In this document: piece by piece, positions 50,251 to 64,000 of the stretch
Layout: each line of letters opens with the position of its first letter
Numbering within the stretch: position 1 is the stretch's first letter
NCBI RefSeq assembly: GCF_006345805.1
Contig: NC_043000.1
Span: 37,510,001 to 37,574,000, forward strand
Direction: 5' to 3'
Source of the DNA: Octopus sinensis
Taxonomy: Eukaryota
DNA length: 64,000 nt
Translations under genes and position numbers: made by a program
The notes under the pieces: model-generated
The model's database searches: none
Told to the model about the DNA's origin: nothing
The model's input: only the letters and a program-made list of their open reading frames with translations

Positions 50251-50547
50251 ATATTATGCAAAGTGTACAGTATTATAGGTCCATCACAGCTGATCATGTC
50301 AATTAGTTTTGAGCCAGGCATTTGACGGAGTGTTAGGTAACAATCCAATTCTGTAACCCTGTGCTCATCAGAGGTAGCTGACACGGAATGAATGATGGCA
50401 ACATGTTTCATTCCTTATCAGCTACCTCTGATGAGTGCAGGTTTACATTTCGGATTGTTACCTGACACTCTGTCAAATCCGTGACACAAAACTGAGATTA
50501 GTAAAATCAGCTATGATATATAAATAACATTGTACTTTGGATAATAT
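50251..50547. mobile_element. Fold-back (MITE-like) element, about 297 bp
   Basis: Arms of about 140 bp (50251-50392 and 50407-50547) around the loop tgatggcaacatgt; for example gtgttaggtaacaatcc / ggattgttacctgacac and ctcatcagaggtagctga / tcagctacctctgatgag. Confidence 0.82.
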
Positions 50548-50559
50548 ATATATATGTAA

Positions 50560-50613
<54 letters not shown>

Positions 50614-52692
50614 ATATATATATTATATATATATATATATTATATATATATAATATACAGGTATAGATATATATCCAAGTTTGTATGATTAGGATATATA
50701 TATACATATATGTATGTGTATATATATATATAATATATATATATATATGCTAGATGTAGTCCTCCAACATGTCTAGTACAGCAGTAAATCCAAATAAGAG
50801 CTGATTCAAATCATGGTGATGTGTCTAACATAAGCTAGCAAGAGAAGTGAGCATGAAATGATGATTAGGATAATACGTGCGTACATATATATATATATAT
50901 ATATATATACATAGTAACATATATATATATGTATGTGCATGTGTGTATGCATGTATGTGAAGTCATATATTTTGTTTACTGTGATATGTATTAGTGTCTG
51001 TGATGCTGTCTTGATATAATCTAGTTTAATTTTAAAAATGTATGACTGAATTCCTGAGTAAACTTCCTTTCAAATTTACATTTATATATATGTTATGCAT
51101 ATACATGTTTACATCTGTATATGCCTTTAAACACACATATAGGCTACACATGCATAGGTCCTAACACTCATATGTTTGCTTGTTTATATGTCTGTGAATA
51201 AACTTTAAACAGAATTGCCAAAATAACAAAATGTACAATGAGAGTTAATAAATATTTGAATAAGGGTATTTGAATGAGTTAAGAGATAATTACTGTGACA
51301 TTCATCAGAATAACAGAAAGAAATACTTTAAAATCTTTAAAATTTGGTAGTAATGATCTTTAAGTGATTTTAGCTAATAATCTTCTAGGAAGTGACCTAA
51401 ACAAAAATATATGGAACAAAGCAAGAAAAGTAATATATATGTGAGGCCCTACTTATTTTAATCAAAATATGAAACTAATCAATAAAAATAACTACTAAAT
51501 AAATTTTTTTAAATTCTAAATTCTGAAATATAAAACTTAATGAATATAATGAATATAATGTCTGTTTTTACAAATGTATTTACCCATAGTTTTCAAGTAC
51601 AAATTGATATACAATTGCACTCACATATGTGCACGCATATGTGTATATGTGTGTATAATTATGTGAGTGTTTCTGTTTAATTGTATAGATATGTGTATAT
51701 ATATTTTATGTTACAAACATACATACTCTCTTGTATATGCACACATATATTACAAAATATTCATTAAGAATTTATTGTAGAAAATAAGATTGAAAAATTA
51801 GGTTTTTCTTAATTTTTCTCCTTACTTGTTAATAAGGCTTTCATCTGTACAACTTATTTTTGGATATTAGCGATGTTGGTATTTTAAGTATTTTCAATAT
51901 ATAATTGTGCAATGAAACAAAATGCAAAAAAAAAGCATAGATATAACAGTTATGATGTGTATGTGTGTGAGGTGGCAAATATGGAATGTGAGTCTATGTG
52001 TATTCCTATATATGAATGCAAATATGTCTATATTGATATTCATAAATACACATATGGTTATTTTGGTAAGAAACTCTAGAGAGAGCTAAAAGACAGAAGG
52101 TCTTCAGAGAAGAAACTCCTCAGGCAAGTGCTTCAGCCCATAACTTCTTACACTCTAAGGAGCTGGGCCACATCCAAATCATGACTCCTGGGTGTTCCTC
52201 TACTGTCATATTTGAGCCACTTGGCCATTGGAGACATGCATTTGACAAGATCTAGCTGGAACTCTCCTCTGCTCTGTTGCTTCTGCTTTCAAACGACTCA
52301 CCCCCACCACACACACACTCACACACGCACACACATGCGTGCATGTATGTGTATGTGTGTGTGTAGCTAAATTTAATTTCTACATTTATATTTATATAAT
52401 TTGAAGTTATCAAAAATATTCAATTATGGAATGCAAGATAAAAAGTTAAGTACTCTATTACCATATTATAACATTATAATTTCAAAAACATGAGATAAAT
52501 CATGCAAAAATATATCCTTAAATATATATGCAGAAATCTACAAACTTAGTTTTATATATATGTGTATGTGTATGTGTGTGTTATTCCATGGAGTGACAAG
52601 TTCAAAAAGAAGCTATATCTGGCTACTTCCAATAAAGTACTCAAAGATAAGTCTGAGAGTGGAAAAATGTTTAATCCATAATCATTTAGCGT

Positions 52693-52769
<77 letters not shown>

Positions 52770-53149
52770 TTTGTTGAAGTGGAAAGATATATATATGTAT
52801 ATATATGTATATATACATATATATATATATACATACATACATTATGTATGTACATACACACACATATACACATGCATATAATTTGATTAAATGAAATCTA
52901 AAATCAAAAGCTATATTTCATGCTTAGCATAAAAGTGTATAGTAATCTATATAGAAAGAAAGTAACATGAATTACAAGACATTATTTAGACTACTCATTG
53001 TTTCTAGGTGTAAAGACTATTTGTCAGTCCCCATCAAATCTGGGCCTCATAAAGTGCCTTTACAGCACAAATCTGTTAGTAGCCTACTTTAGTCTGAAAT
53101 TCAAGTTACATTATCTGTGTGTATGTATCTATATCTATCTATCCATACA

Positions 53150-53216
<67 letters not shown>

Positions 53217-53312
53217 ACACGTACATGCATCTTGTTAAATTTTCAGATTTCTGCATATACATTCATATAAATTCCTTTAGAAACTTTAGCAACTTATAAA
53301 GATTAGGATTTT

Positions 53313-53555
53313 AACAGAGCAGCTTCTAGCATTACAAGCCAGTTTAATCTTGAGCTTAAGACATGTTGGTGCTATGCTAAAGATAAATAGAGTAGCTTCT
53401 AATGTTATAAGCCATTTTAATTTTATGTTTTAAAGTAAGATATGGTGCTATACTGAAGTTAAACAGAGTAGCTTGTAACCTTACTAGCCAGTTTGATCTT
53501 ATATTTAAAGAAAGACATGGTGCTATGCTGAAGATGAACAGAGTAGCTTCTAACT
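53313..53555. repeat. Minisatellite, about 3.3 copies of a 73-76 bp unit
   Basis: Units start at 53313, 53386, 53462 and 53537 with aa(c/t)agag(c/t)agctt and share tggtgcta(t)...aag. Confidence 0.85.
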
Positions 53556-53944
53556 GTAGGAGATGAAACAGTAATTTTCTACGCATTAATTAACCTCTTT
53601 ACTTTTTGTAATTTATTTCATTAGACATATTTGTGTGAAATGACATTCACAGACACTCACTGACATGCATATTTCTATTGAATATATATATATATACTGC
53701 AACACTTAAATATACTCATAGTCACTGACTAAAAAATGCACACATTATTATAAAGATGCCTGTATATCCACATTAAAATCATATCAAAAACTTCATATGG
53801 TTATTACAACTTAAAAATATTACATTATAAGAATATGATAAATCATTAATGTGCATATATTCTGAATTCTTTAATTTTTTTACATATCTGTCTCTGTGTC
53901 TGAATATCTGGTTGTCTCTTTAGATATACCTATGTGATGCTAGT

Positions 53945-54272
53945 TATGTGTGTATATGTATATGTTTGTGTGTGTTTCTACATACATATATATATATAAA
54001 TATATATATGAAGTATACAATTATTAATTCTTATGGAACATGTATACTTGTATACAAAGAAATATGTGAATTTAGTTATGTTTATGATATATATATATAT
54101 ATATATATACATATATATATAATATATATGTGCGTGTGTGTATATGTATATGTATGTATATTTACATACATATATATGCATATACATATTTTTATATATA
54201 TATATATATATAAGTATATATATATATACATACAAGCATATAGATAGAGACACATGTATATATATGAGTATA

Positions 54273-54312
<40 letters not shown>

Positions 54313-55111
54313 TATTTATATATGATATATATATATGTATATAATTATGTATTTATGTACATATATATTTAGTTATAACCACTAATGCATGCATATATGA
54401 CCATAAGTACAAAAGACATAACATACACATACACATCCTTTTCGGATTGTTGTTAAACTGCTTACTAATCTTTTTTAACTTCTGCTTTTCTATTTAAACA
54501 ACTGCTTGTTACTTCTTATTTTTCCACAGTGTTATTTTCAATAAGGAAAACAAATTGGGAAAAAAATTTTTAAACTTAAAAAATAAAATTAAATTGATTT
54601 CCATTAAATTTATAACAAGAAATTTTTGAAAACCACTCTAACTAATTAAATATGTGTTTGTGTATGAGTATATATATATATGTATATATATATATATAAA
54701 GTAAGTGTGGGTATTTGTGTGCATGTATGTGTGTGTGTACATGTGCCAGGGTGTGTGTGCCTAAGTGAAAAATATTCCTGGTGATTTATTTAGTATTTGC
54801 TATTTCTCCCTGCAAAACAGAAAAAAAAATGAGTAAAATATTTAAAGCTTTCACAAAGCTTTTCGATATTCCCCTTTATCTTTTTTCTAATAAAGGCTTC
54901 TTTGTTATTTAACATTTTTGATGTTGAAATGATAATATTTAACAAAAAATATTTTTTTGTATTTAAAAACAATAATAATAATGATAGTAATAATGAGAAC
55001 GTTGATTATTTTTTTATCTTGTTTAATTTTCTTTGCTAATGTTAATATACATATCGATATATTAATATGTATATATGTTGCTATGTTATTGTGTGTGAAT
55101 ATGTGTATGTT

Positions 55112-55161
<50 letters not shown>

Positions 55162-55195
55162 CATACATACATATGTATATGTGAATATATACGTT

Positions 55196-55228
<33 letters not shown>

Positions 55229-55660
55229 GTGTATGTACATGTATTTATATATATATATATATAAGTACATATATATATATATACTTAGTGATGTACATAC
55301 ATGTAGATTAAAATCATATATATACACATGAAGATATATGTCTATATGATTGCATAATTCTATATAGAAATATGTATTTATAGAATTATATATACAGTCA
55401 TACTGATATACAATTATATATATTTGTGTGTGTGTCCAATGATATAAATATATATATGTATATATATGTATGTATGTATACACACATATACAATATATAT
55501 ATATATTTATATATGTGTACATGTATGTAAATGGGTGTGTGTGTATCTGTGTTTGTGCATATGTGCATCTGCATACATACACAATAATGCATATCTGTGT
55601 TCATGTACTAGTCACTTATCAATATTTATCTACATACATATGTGTGTATATATGTGAGAA
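53945..55660. repeat. TA/TG low-complexity field with AT-rich interruptions
   Basis: Direct reading. Confidence 0.85.
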
Positions 55661-57439
55661 CTCTGTGTGTATGATTGCGTGTATGTCTGTGTGGATTATG
55701 TGTGTGCGTTCCTATATAAATCTATTTGTATATATGGTCTTCTCATGATTAATGAAAATCTTTCATATAAATATATGAAAAGTATAGTGAACTCATTTAT
55801 AAATGGGTTTGACGTGATACCCCAGCACTTATGCAATTATTCTGAGAGGGAAAATATCTTTGATTTATCTTTCTTGGAAAATCTTCATTATGCAAAAGAT
55901 AGAAGTTATCCTTCCAAACTTTAAAAGGAAAATTAAATTTTAGAAATTAAATTTGATTGAATCCCACTCCAAGTTCCTGCAAATGATATAGAATTATCAT
56001 ATTACAAATCAATCAACTTAATTTACATTTTACTAACTTATTCAAATATCTTTTCTTTTAATTTAAAATTATATTAAATTTAATTTTTTTTTAACAATGT
56101 TGCACAAAAGTCAAGCAACTGATTCCAGAAAAAAAGAAAGTAAAATATATCCAACTAACTAAAAATTAATATTTGCATGTTATAGTTTTGTATATTCTGA
56201 TACTTTTCAAAGTTTATAATTTCAACTGTTATTTCATATCTTTTGAAGCTAAAGGGTTGTGAATTGTTTAGTTGGAAATATTATAAAATAATAGAATGAA
56301 ACACATGCTATGAAGGGTAAAGGTTCTTATGCTCTATTATTTTCCAATGACTCAAGAATATATATATATAAGTATCAATGATTTTTAATAATTACCAGTT
56401 TGGTATTTTCAATAAAATACTTGATGCAGTTTGAAATTTAGAAGCAGATCTTTGGGAATTCATATTTGAAATAGTGAAATATTATTTATATATTATATAA
56501 ACACACTGATAATGTAAATTATTTTTCGGAAGAAAGAAAGAAAGCATTATTGCAGTTAATAAGAAAATTCTATATAATCAAACATGAAATCATTTTAATC
56601 ATGGTCAAAGAAAGAAGAGTAGCTGTAAAGAAGAATATAATATTCAGTGTCAGTTCATATTATTACAGTCATTCTATTCTTTTACTTTCATAATGAACAG
56701 ACTAAGCTGAAACAATTTGTAAGTGATTTAATCACTGCCAGTAACTGTGAATGGTATGATTCATTGTGGGTCGATATGGGCAAGATATATTATTAGTGGA
56801 CATCATTATTAAAATCATCTTAATATGTTAGACAAAATATTTAAAGAAAAAATTAATAAAAGGAAAAGGAATCTATGATTAAATTACTGATAAGACACCT
56901 TAGAAACACACATATATCTTTGGGTATGTATGCATATTTCTGTACATTTCATAAGTGAACCAGTGTGAGCATGTATCCATAGACGTATGTATGTATGCAT
57001 ATGCATGTGTGTGTGTATGCATTTATATGTATATATATTTTTCTGCATATATGTATATGCATATAAATATGTATATACATACACACACACACACATATAT
57101 ATACACACACACACACCTGTGTGCATGTATATGTGTGTGCTTGTGTATATTTATATGTCTATATGTAACTAGATTATGTATTAACAATAGTTTGACTCAG
57201 TACCATATGACTTTAAGAAGGCTCATACAATGGACCCATATTTTTTAGATATCTGATGTAATGGGACCATCCTACCAGCCCATGAAACTTCAAGTCGTAT
57301 AGAACTGAGTCAGATTGTTAAAAAGTGTATGGTATTTCCTTCTAATGTGTTGAGTGTCACTTTCTTTCATTTGTTCATTTATACACCCACCCACACTCTC
57401 TCTCTCTCACACACATAAGTAGCTGACTACCTGTTTAGA

Positions 57440-57472
57440 TATATGTATGTATAATGTGTGTGTTGTGTGTGT

Positions 57473-57516
<44 letters not shown>

Positions 57517-57588
57517 TATATATGTGTGTATATATATATGTGTGTGTGTGTGTGTGTCTTTATATATGTATATATTTCTATACATGTA

Positions 57589-57677
<89 letters not shown>

Positions 57678-57844
57678 AAATATATGTGCATGTATATGCA
57701 CATATTTATTTACATGTATATATATATATGTATATATTTACATATATGTATATATGAATATGTATATTTGTGTATATTATATATATATATAAACATACAT
57801 ACATATGTGTATATATATATGTGTATATATATATATGCATATAT

Positions 57845-57908
<64 letters not shown>

Positions 57909-57945
57909 ACACACACACACACACATATATATGTATGTATGTATG
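57440..57945. repeat. (TG)/(TA) microsatellite field
   Basis: Direct reading. Confidence 0.92.
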
Positions 57946-60339
57946 CATACAAAATTTTCTTTATGGAAAGATTTGGCAAAATAATATGAATGAGAGATAT
58001 TGTTTAGAAATATAGAAGTTTTCTTATAAAATATGAATGCATTGATAAATTGGGAAATAGAAAATCTGGAAAGAGCAAATTTGTTTCATTAAAAATATAT
58101 ATATTATGAGTAAATAATTTCTCAAGTGCTTTGAATAATGATTTATTTGGAGTAGCAAGAAACTTGTATGACAAGGAAATCTATGTGTAAAATGTTTTAA
58201 GAATAAATTCTTTTTTTGTATGAAATTTAAATCATATATTCCTGTGTGGTAAGATGTATCATAAGAAAACATACCTTTAATAAATGTAAATAAGTAAAAT
58301 TTGTTAATGTTCATGTTTTGAAAATGACTAAGTTTGTTGATATCAAAATGGCCTGGTAATTCTCTTCATTATAATAATTTCATATCTATTGCTACATATC
58401 CTTGGGTGCCTAAAAGCTATCAACATGTCTGTTCTATTACAGTGAATTTAACAGAATTTAAGACCCCAAGTATTGCTTATAAGCTTATATAAATTCTGAT
58501 TATTAAAATCTTTGATGAGATCTCTCTATTTATAAACTAAGATTTTTATCAAGTAAAATTCACGATAAAGTTTATAGATCATTTAATTACTTTTACAAAT
58601 TTTGTTTGTTGTTTGGTAAAGATGTACAAGTTAGCTTACACATGCTCATAAAAAAATGCACTCATACACATAATACATAAATTGGGTTTCTAAAACTGTT
58701 GCTCAGTTTCAGAGTGCTTTGTATTTTTATGCCTGGAATAATGATATTATCTGTTTCCTATCATATTGTTCGGACATTTATTTATAAAGTTGAGATCAAT
58801 AGTTATGTATTAGATTATGTTATTATTCTTGATATAGGGGAATACTTATTCCTTTTTCGACATTCCAACAAGTTATGTTCTGTATCCAGAAAACAACCTT
58901 TGATATTAAAAAATTCAACCATAAATATAGTTCTTGAAATTAGATAAATAAAATGAAAAATCCGTTTTATCCTTATTGTCTTCAGACTAGTTTAAGATTA
59001 CTTTGCAAAAACAAATTTTGAAGTTTTGTTTTTGTATTGTTTTTGTTACATTAAAATCTGAGAGTAACAGAAAAATTTGAAAATTGAATTTCTCATTATT
59101 ACTTTAGTTATTAAACATTATATTTAACAAAACTTAAATAAACAGGATGCTTTGATATTAAAAAATTTTAATTGTCATTATCTGTTTATTTTTATTTTCC
59201 TTGTTTCATCATCATCTGTTTGTCACCTTATTTGGTTATATATTTAATTTCTCACAAAAAATATGTTGGTAATTTACTTTTTATTTCTAAATGGCATTCA
59301 TTTTTGGACAAGATTAGGAAACATGCACAAATGATATATTTGTTAGTATAGAAAGATAAAATATACGTATGTCCTAACAAACTGAAAGCATAGCAGAAGA
59401 AACTAAAGTTGAAGTTAAATTTAAAAGATATGACATTCTTGGCTGTCTACAATAACCTTGACACTAGTTGGGCCAATGTAAAACTCCACTGTCACTGACT
59501 TAAACCCAGAGGTATTAATGGCCATCACTTCTGACTTTCTTCAGTTTTGGCAGTAGTAATCATATCTATTTTAGGTATTTGAAATCTTTGTTGATCCATT
59601 TATTTCAATATTTTTTCCTTAACAAAACTAAAAAATGCTTTTATTTCTTTCTATGAAAAAATCCTATGTAGATGATATTTCATAAATTTTAGAGCTGTTT
59701 TGCAATTTTTGTACTGATTTCAGTTTACCACAATATCACTAATCACATTTCAAAATAAATATTAATTATCAATAAATAGAACATAACGCTAAAGATGTGA
59801 GAGGCAAAAGTTTGATAATACATGACAATCTCAATCTTATATAGTTCACGACATTTGTCATTATGATTTTTTATATCATAGTGTGTTATCTAAATATTTG
59901 TTGTTTATTTTTGTATTTCAAAAAGGAGTTATTATTTTATTAACTCTGTGAAGTAAATAGTTTGATAGAAAAAGTAACAGTTAAATATAACCCAACAAAA
60001 TTATGAATCTAAATCTGAAGTAAATTTTAAGCATACAAGCTAAACCCTGTGAGGAAATATATATTGTTATGAAATTTTAAAGTGTATATCATAAAATTTA
60101 AGCAATTAGGAGTGATCGTTTGTATGTGTGCTTATGTGTATGTATAAATGTTCATATAATCACAATTATAACTTGAGTAGGACAAGAGGGGCAGCTACCT
60201 AAGGTGCAAGAGATAGTGGGCATTCCACTCAGCACTGTATACAGGTTTTCTTGATATATGTATTAAACTAAGGGAAAATGGAAACACTCTTCATTTTCCT
60301 TGGCACATAATAGCCTACCTCTAGTTATATTTGTGTGTT

Positions 60340-60375
<36 letters not shown>

Positions 60376-60475
60376 ATATATGTATATATGTATATATATG
60401 TATATATATATGTATATATGTATATATGTGTAAAGTAAATATGTACATAGTCATATAGAACACACGCATTAAATG

Positions 60476-60484
60476 AGGATGATA

Positions 60485-60543
<59 letters not shown>
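60476..60543. repeat. (GAT)n microsatellite
   Basis: Direct reading. Confidence 0.95.
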
Positions 60544-60843
60544 ACGAGAGCATTTGGTTTTAGAAGCAGGATATATATCAGTCTTTGATAGATTATAATA
60601 CAAAAGTAGTTACTGAATGATCTAGCTTTTCAAGGTTCTATGGCTGCCAAACTGAGAAATAAAAAAAAGGATAAGAGATTCTTCATCAATGAATAGAAAG
60701 TACTTGGAAATGCTCTTTATGTCACGTGATTTTTAGCATATGAATCTGTAAACTCATTGGTACAATGGTGAATATGTGCAGATACAAAGTTTACTTGCAT
60801 ACATGCATCACTGACTCCATATATATGTGTATGTGTATATACA

Positions 60844-61080
60844 TATATTAAAATTGGGGAAGGCTTGGTTTGTGGGATTACCTTAGGTTTCCCGTCCATA
60901 AAGGGTTTACCTTTATGGCATATTATCAGATCCCAAAAACCTGTTCACCCATGACTTCTGACCTCTTTTAAGAGATTATGGGACAACAAGTTTTGGGGAT
61001 CTGGTGATAAAGCTAAACCCTTTGTAAGGATAGGGAACCTAAGGTCGTCCCACAAACCAGCCTTCCCCAATTTTAATATA
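60844..61080. mobile_element. Fold-back (MITE-like) element, about 237 bp
   Basis: tatattaaaattggggaaggcttggtttgtggga...agatcccaaaaac is inverted as gttttggggatct...tcccacaaaccagccttccccaattttaatata; TA-rich ends. Confidence 0.85.
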
Positions 61081-61473
61081 TACTGCTCTACCACTTAGAG
61101 TGTGCTTCTTCTTCTTTCAGATTTATGTTTTCTAGAAACGACATAACTGTGAATGTATAAAGGTATATATTTATACCTTTAAATATATAAGATATAATTA
61201 AGATTCAGTTGAATTAGGTACTTAAATTGAGGCACCTTGTTAGGTCAATCTAATTTTCTGACTTGCACACCCAAACAATATCAGATGGACATCAAACTCT
61301 GTGCAGAAATGTTTGCACTTGATATCCTTGCCGTGTATGCAGAAAACATGACCCAACTTAGTGCAGAGGTCCGTTCTTCATTGTACAGACATGTACTTTA
61401 TATAAAAATACAAAATTAATTTCTATAATATTTGAAAAGTGTAAATTCCTGGGTAGGTAAATAAAATATAAGC

Positions 61474-61664
61474 GAGTAACAAAGATGTACAGGTGTCAAT
61501 TCATTTTGGCCGTTTCAAACGACTCCTTTAATTGATTAATGAAAACATTGCATCATAGCAAAGGAACCGTTTTCATTTGCTATGAGGCAATGTTTTCATT
61601 TATCAATTAAAGGGGTCGCTTGAAACAGCCTTAATGAATTGACACCTGTACATCTTTGTTACTC
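61474..61664. mobile_element. Near-perfect fold-back (MITE-like) element, 191 bp
   Basis: gagtaacaaagatgtacaggtgtcaattcatt...catagcaaaggaa-ccgtt-ttcatttgctatg...aatgaattgacacctgtacatctttgttactc. Confidence 0.9.
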
Positions 61665-61684
61665 ATTAATACACACACACACAT

Positions 61685-61730
<46 letters not shown>

Positions 61731-61998
61731 GGATTCAGTGATACATGTATGCAAGTAAACTTTGTATGTGCACCCACATGCACATTATCCATAACTCATT
61801 TACAACCTACATAAACTTGAGAATTTAGATTTACCTACTGTAATCATGGGACATAAACAGAATTTTGTGGACCATAGGATATATTTTGTTATATAAGAAT
61901 TCTGTGATTTTTTTCTTTTTGGTATCTCAATTTGACAAGTATTATTCACCTAAAGAATCTAGGTTCTTGAGTAATTGCTATGTTATTCATAGTTGATA

Positions 61999-62029
<31 letters not shown>

Positions 62030-62565
62030 GCACGCAATTTCAAAAACATTTGTAAATGTACATATTTATAAAACAATGCATATATATATGCATATGCTTT
62101 TATGCATTTATTTCTATATTTGTGCAAATATTCACATTTAGTTACATTAAGAATACCCAATGAATAACATGTCCAAAGCTGGATTCATCAAATGCTACAG
62201 AAAATTAGCATTATATTTAAACAAAATAGATTTGCATATTAATAATGATGGTCTAAGATATTAGTTTGCATTCATAAAATTATTATGATGATACTCAAAT
62301 ATCTGAAATGCTTATTGTATTTATGTCACACAAATTGATTTGCATGACATATTTCAGTATTGGTAAAATAGTTGGAGCACAAAATTATGAACTGAAATAT
62401 ATTATAGAAAATATAGTCTAATTAATATATAAATGCTCTGTCTTAGAATACATATCAGCTACTGAATATTTATTGAGTATGTTTTTGAGAAGTGTTTATT
62501 TGAAACTCATTATAGCTTATTGTTTTCTGGCTGTAATGCATAAATAAATATATACATATACAAAC

Positions 62566-62631
<66 letters not shown>

Positions 62632-62661
62632 ATATTTGTAATATAATATACATCATACATT

Positions 62662-62696
<35 letters not shown>

Positions 62697-64000
62697 TAAT
62701 ATATATTTGTATGTAAAAGTATATGTATAAAATTCTGTCCATTTGTTGATAGGATGACCAAAAAAAAGCATTTAATTCAGTAGGTAATAAATATCATTCA
62801 GTGAATATACAAGTTATATGTGAGGTTTTCAAATTTCATGCTTGATTAACACAGTAACTAGGTGGGAATGTATAGCATACCATGCACAGTCTAGCAACTA
62901 TTCAGGCTAAACAGACAAATAGACAGACACACACACGCATGTAGCTTGTTTTCAAACTTAGATTTCCACTCAGCATGTCTACTAGATTATGCCATCACTT
63001 CTTATGAATTTGTAGACTGGCAAAAAACATGCCGGTATCTATTGATTTGTATAATTGTATACATATACAAATGATTATATTGATGTGTGTATGTTTTGTG
63101 CACGTAATGATTGAAAATGCAAATGAGCTTGATGTTGATGGTGGTTGTAATTGATGCTAATAATGGTGATGGCCATAATGATAGAATAGACTTTGGCAAA
63201 CTCTGAACTTACTGAGCTTGGAGCCAAATAAGTACAAGTCATTTTGGAGGAGAATTTCATTGTCTTATCAACTTCATCAAAATCAAATTGCTATCATCTT
63301 TAAGTGTTTCAATTAATTCTTGAACTACTTTTAAGAGCTATTTAGTACATTTATCCTTATTACTACTGTTGTTGGCATTTTCAATTTGTTTTGTGGTTCT
63401 TAGTGTTCCTAAATGCATTTTCCCACTTTATTTTCTACTGAGAACCAGAGCATTGTAATTAATTCAAATATTTTGGAAATATATTCTTCAATAAACCAGG
63501 ACATACATAAATGATTGCGAAGCTGCAGACCTGGCATTACTGAACTATTAAGCATAGACTTAGGAATATCTATCTATCAATCTCTTCCCCCCACCTCCCA
63601 TCCCTCTTTCTGTCCATATTATTTAATTTCATTTATATAGCTTTCTCTGTAAGGAATTCTTATCAGATGTTGAATGGCGATTTCCTTTGATTCTGCATCT
63701 GTCAATACTATCCTATCTTTTGGAGGTACCATATACTATGATGCTTCATAAGAAAATATGATAATTAAATATGGTTGCTTGTTAACAAACTAGAGAGCGG
63801 TCATCAGTAAAATCCTTGATAATTATAAGGAAGATTACAAAATAAAAAAAAGCTAAAAAAGAAACAAAGCCAAACTAAAAACTGTTATATAAAAAAGCTA
63901 TTATATAGATAAAACAGTTAATTTATAATTCATGCCACGGAACCTGAGTAGATAATTCCTCAATACAAATATCTTATTTGTATCTAATTCTTATGGCATT

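Noticed and set aside
8840-57945. Recurrent TAAT/ATTA phase slips within (TA)n tracts
   Set aside because: Equally explained by slippage or by sequencing indels in dinucleotide repeats; cannot be assessed without reads.
5194-60553. Dozens of ORFs rich in IY, HT, CV, poly-L, poly-Y or poly-N
   Set aside because: They are translations of (TA)n, (CA)n and trinucleotide repeats, which lack stop codons in some frames.
63150-63300. Possible minus-strand exon ending at CA|GTAAGT
   Set aside because: No convincing acceptor or recognisable peptide.

Overview
This is AT-rich eukaryotic DNA, most likely from an octopus or another coleoid cephalopod. That is inferred from the SINE/RTE repertoire and the dense TA/CA/TAA/GAT microsatellites, not from a database match. 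One host coding segment is well supported: the last coding exon of a Shal/Kv4 (KCND-type) potassium channel gene on the + strand (44502-44783). The sequence upstream of it is probably largely intron of that gene, and the sequence downstream is 3' UTR or intergenic. The rest is transposon debris: four mariner elements, a Helitron helicase fragment, four RTE LINE copies plus many 3'-tail stubs, a Dong/R4-type endonuclease fragment inside a (TAA)n array, two SINE families, several fold-back elements and Penelope-like remnants. The most notable signal is self-cleaving RNA. A TA-embedded direct-repeat element (36648-37493) carries two type I hammerhead ribozyme motifs with palindromic stem III, with predicted cleavage sites 559 nt apart, which is a retrozyme-like arrangement. 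A second hammerhead family sits in an asymmetric inverted repeat at about 11.5 kb. No tRNA, rRNA or CRISPR features are supported. Most supplied ORFs are microsatellite translation artefacts. Coordinates were counted by hand, and the ends of degraded elements are approximate.
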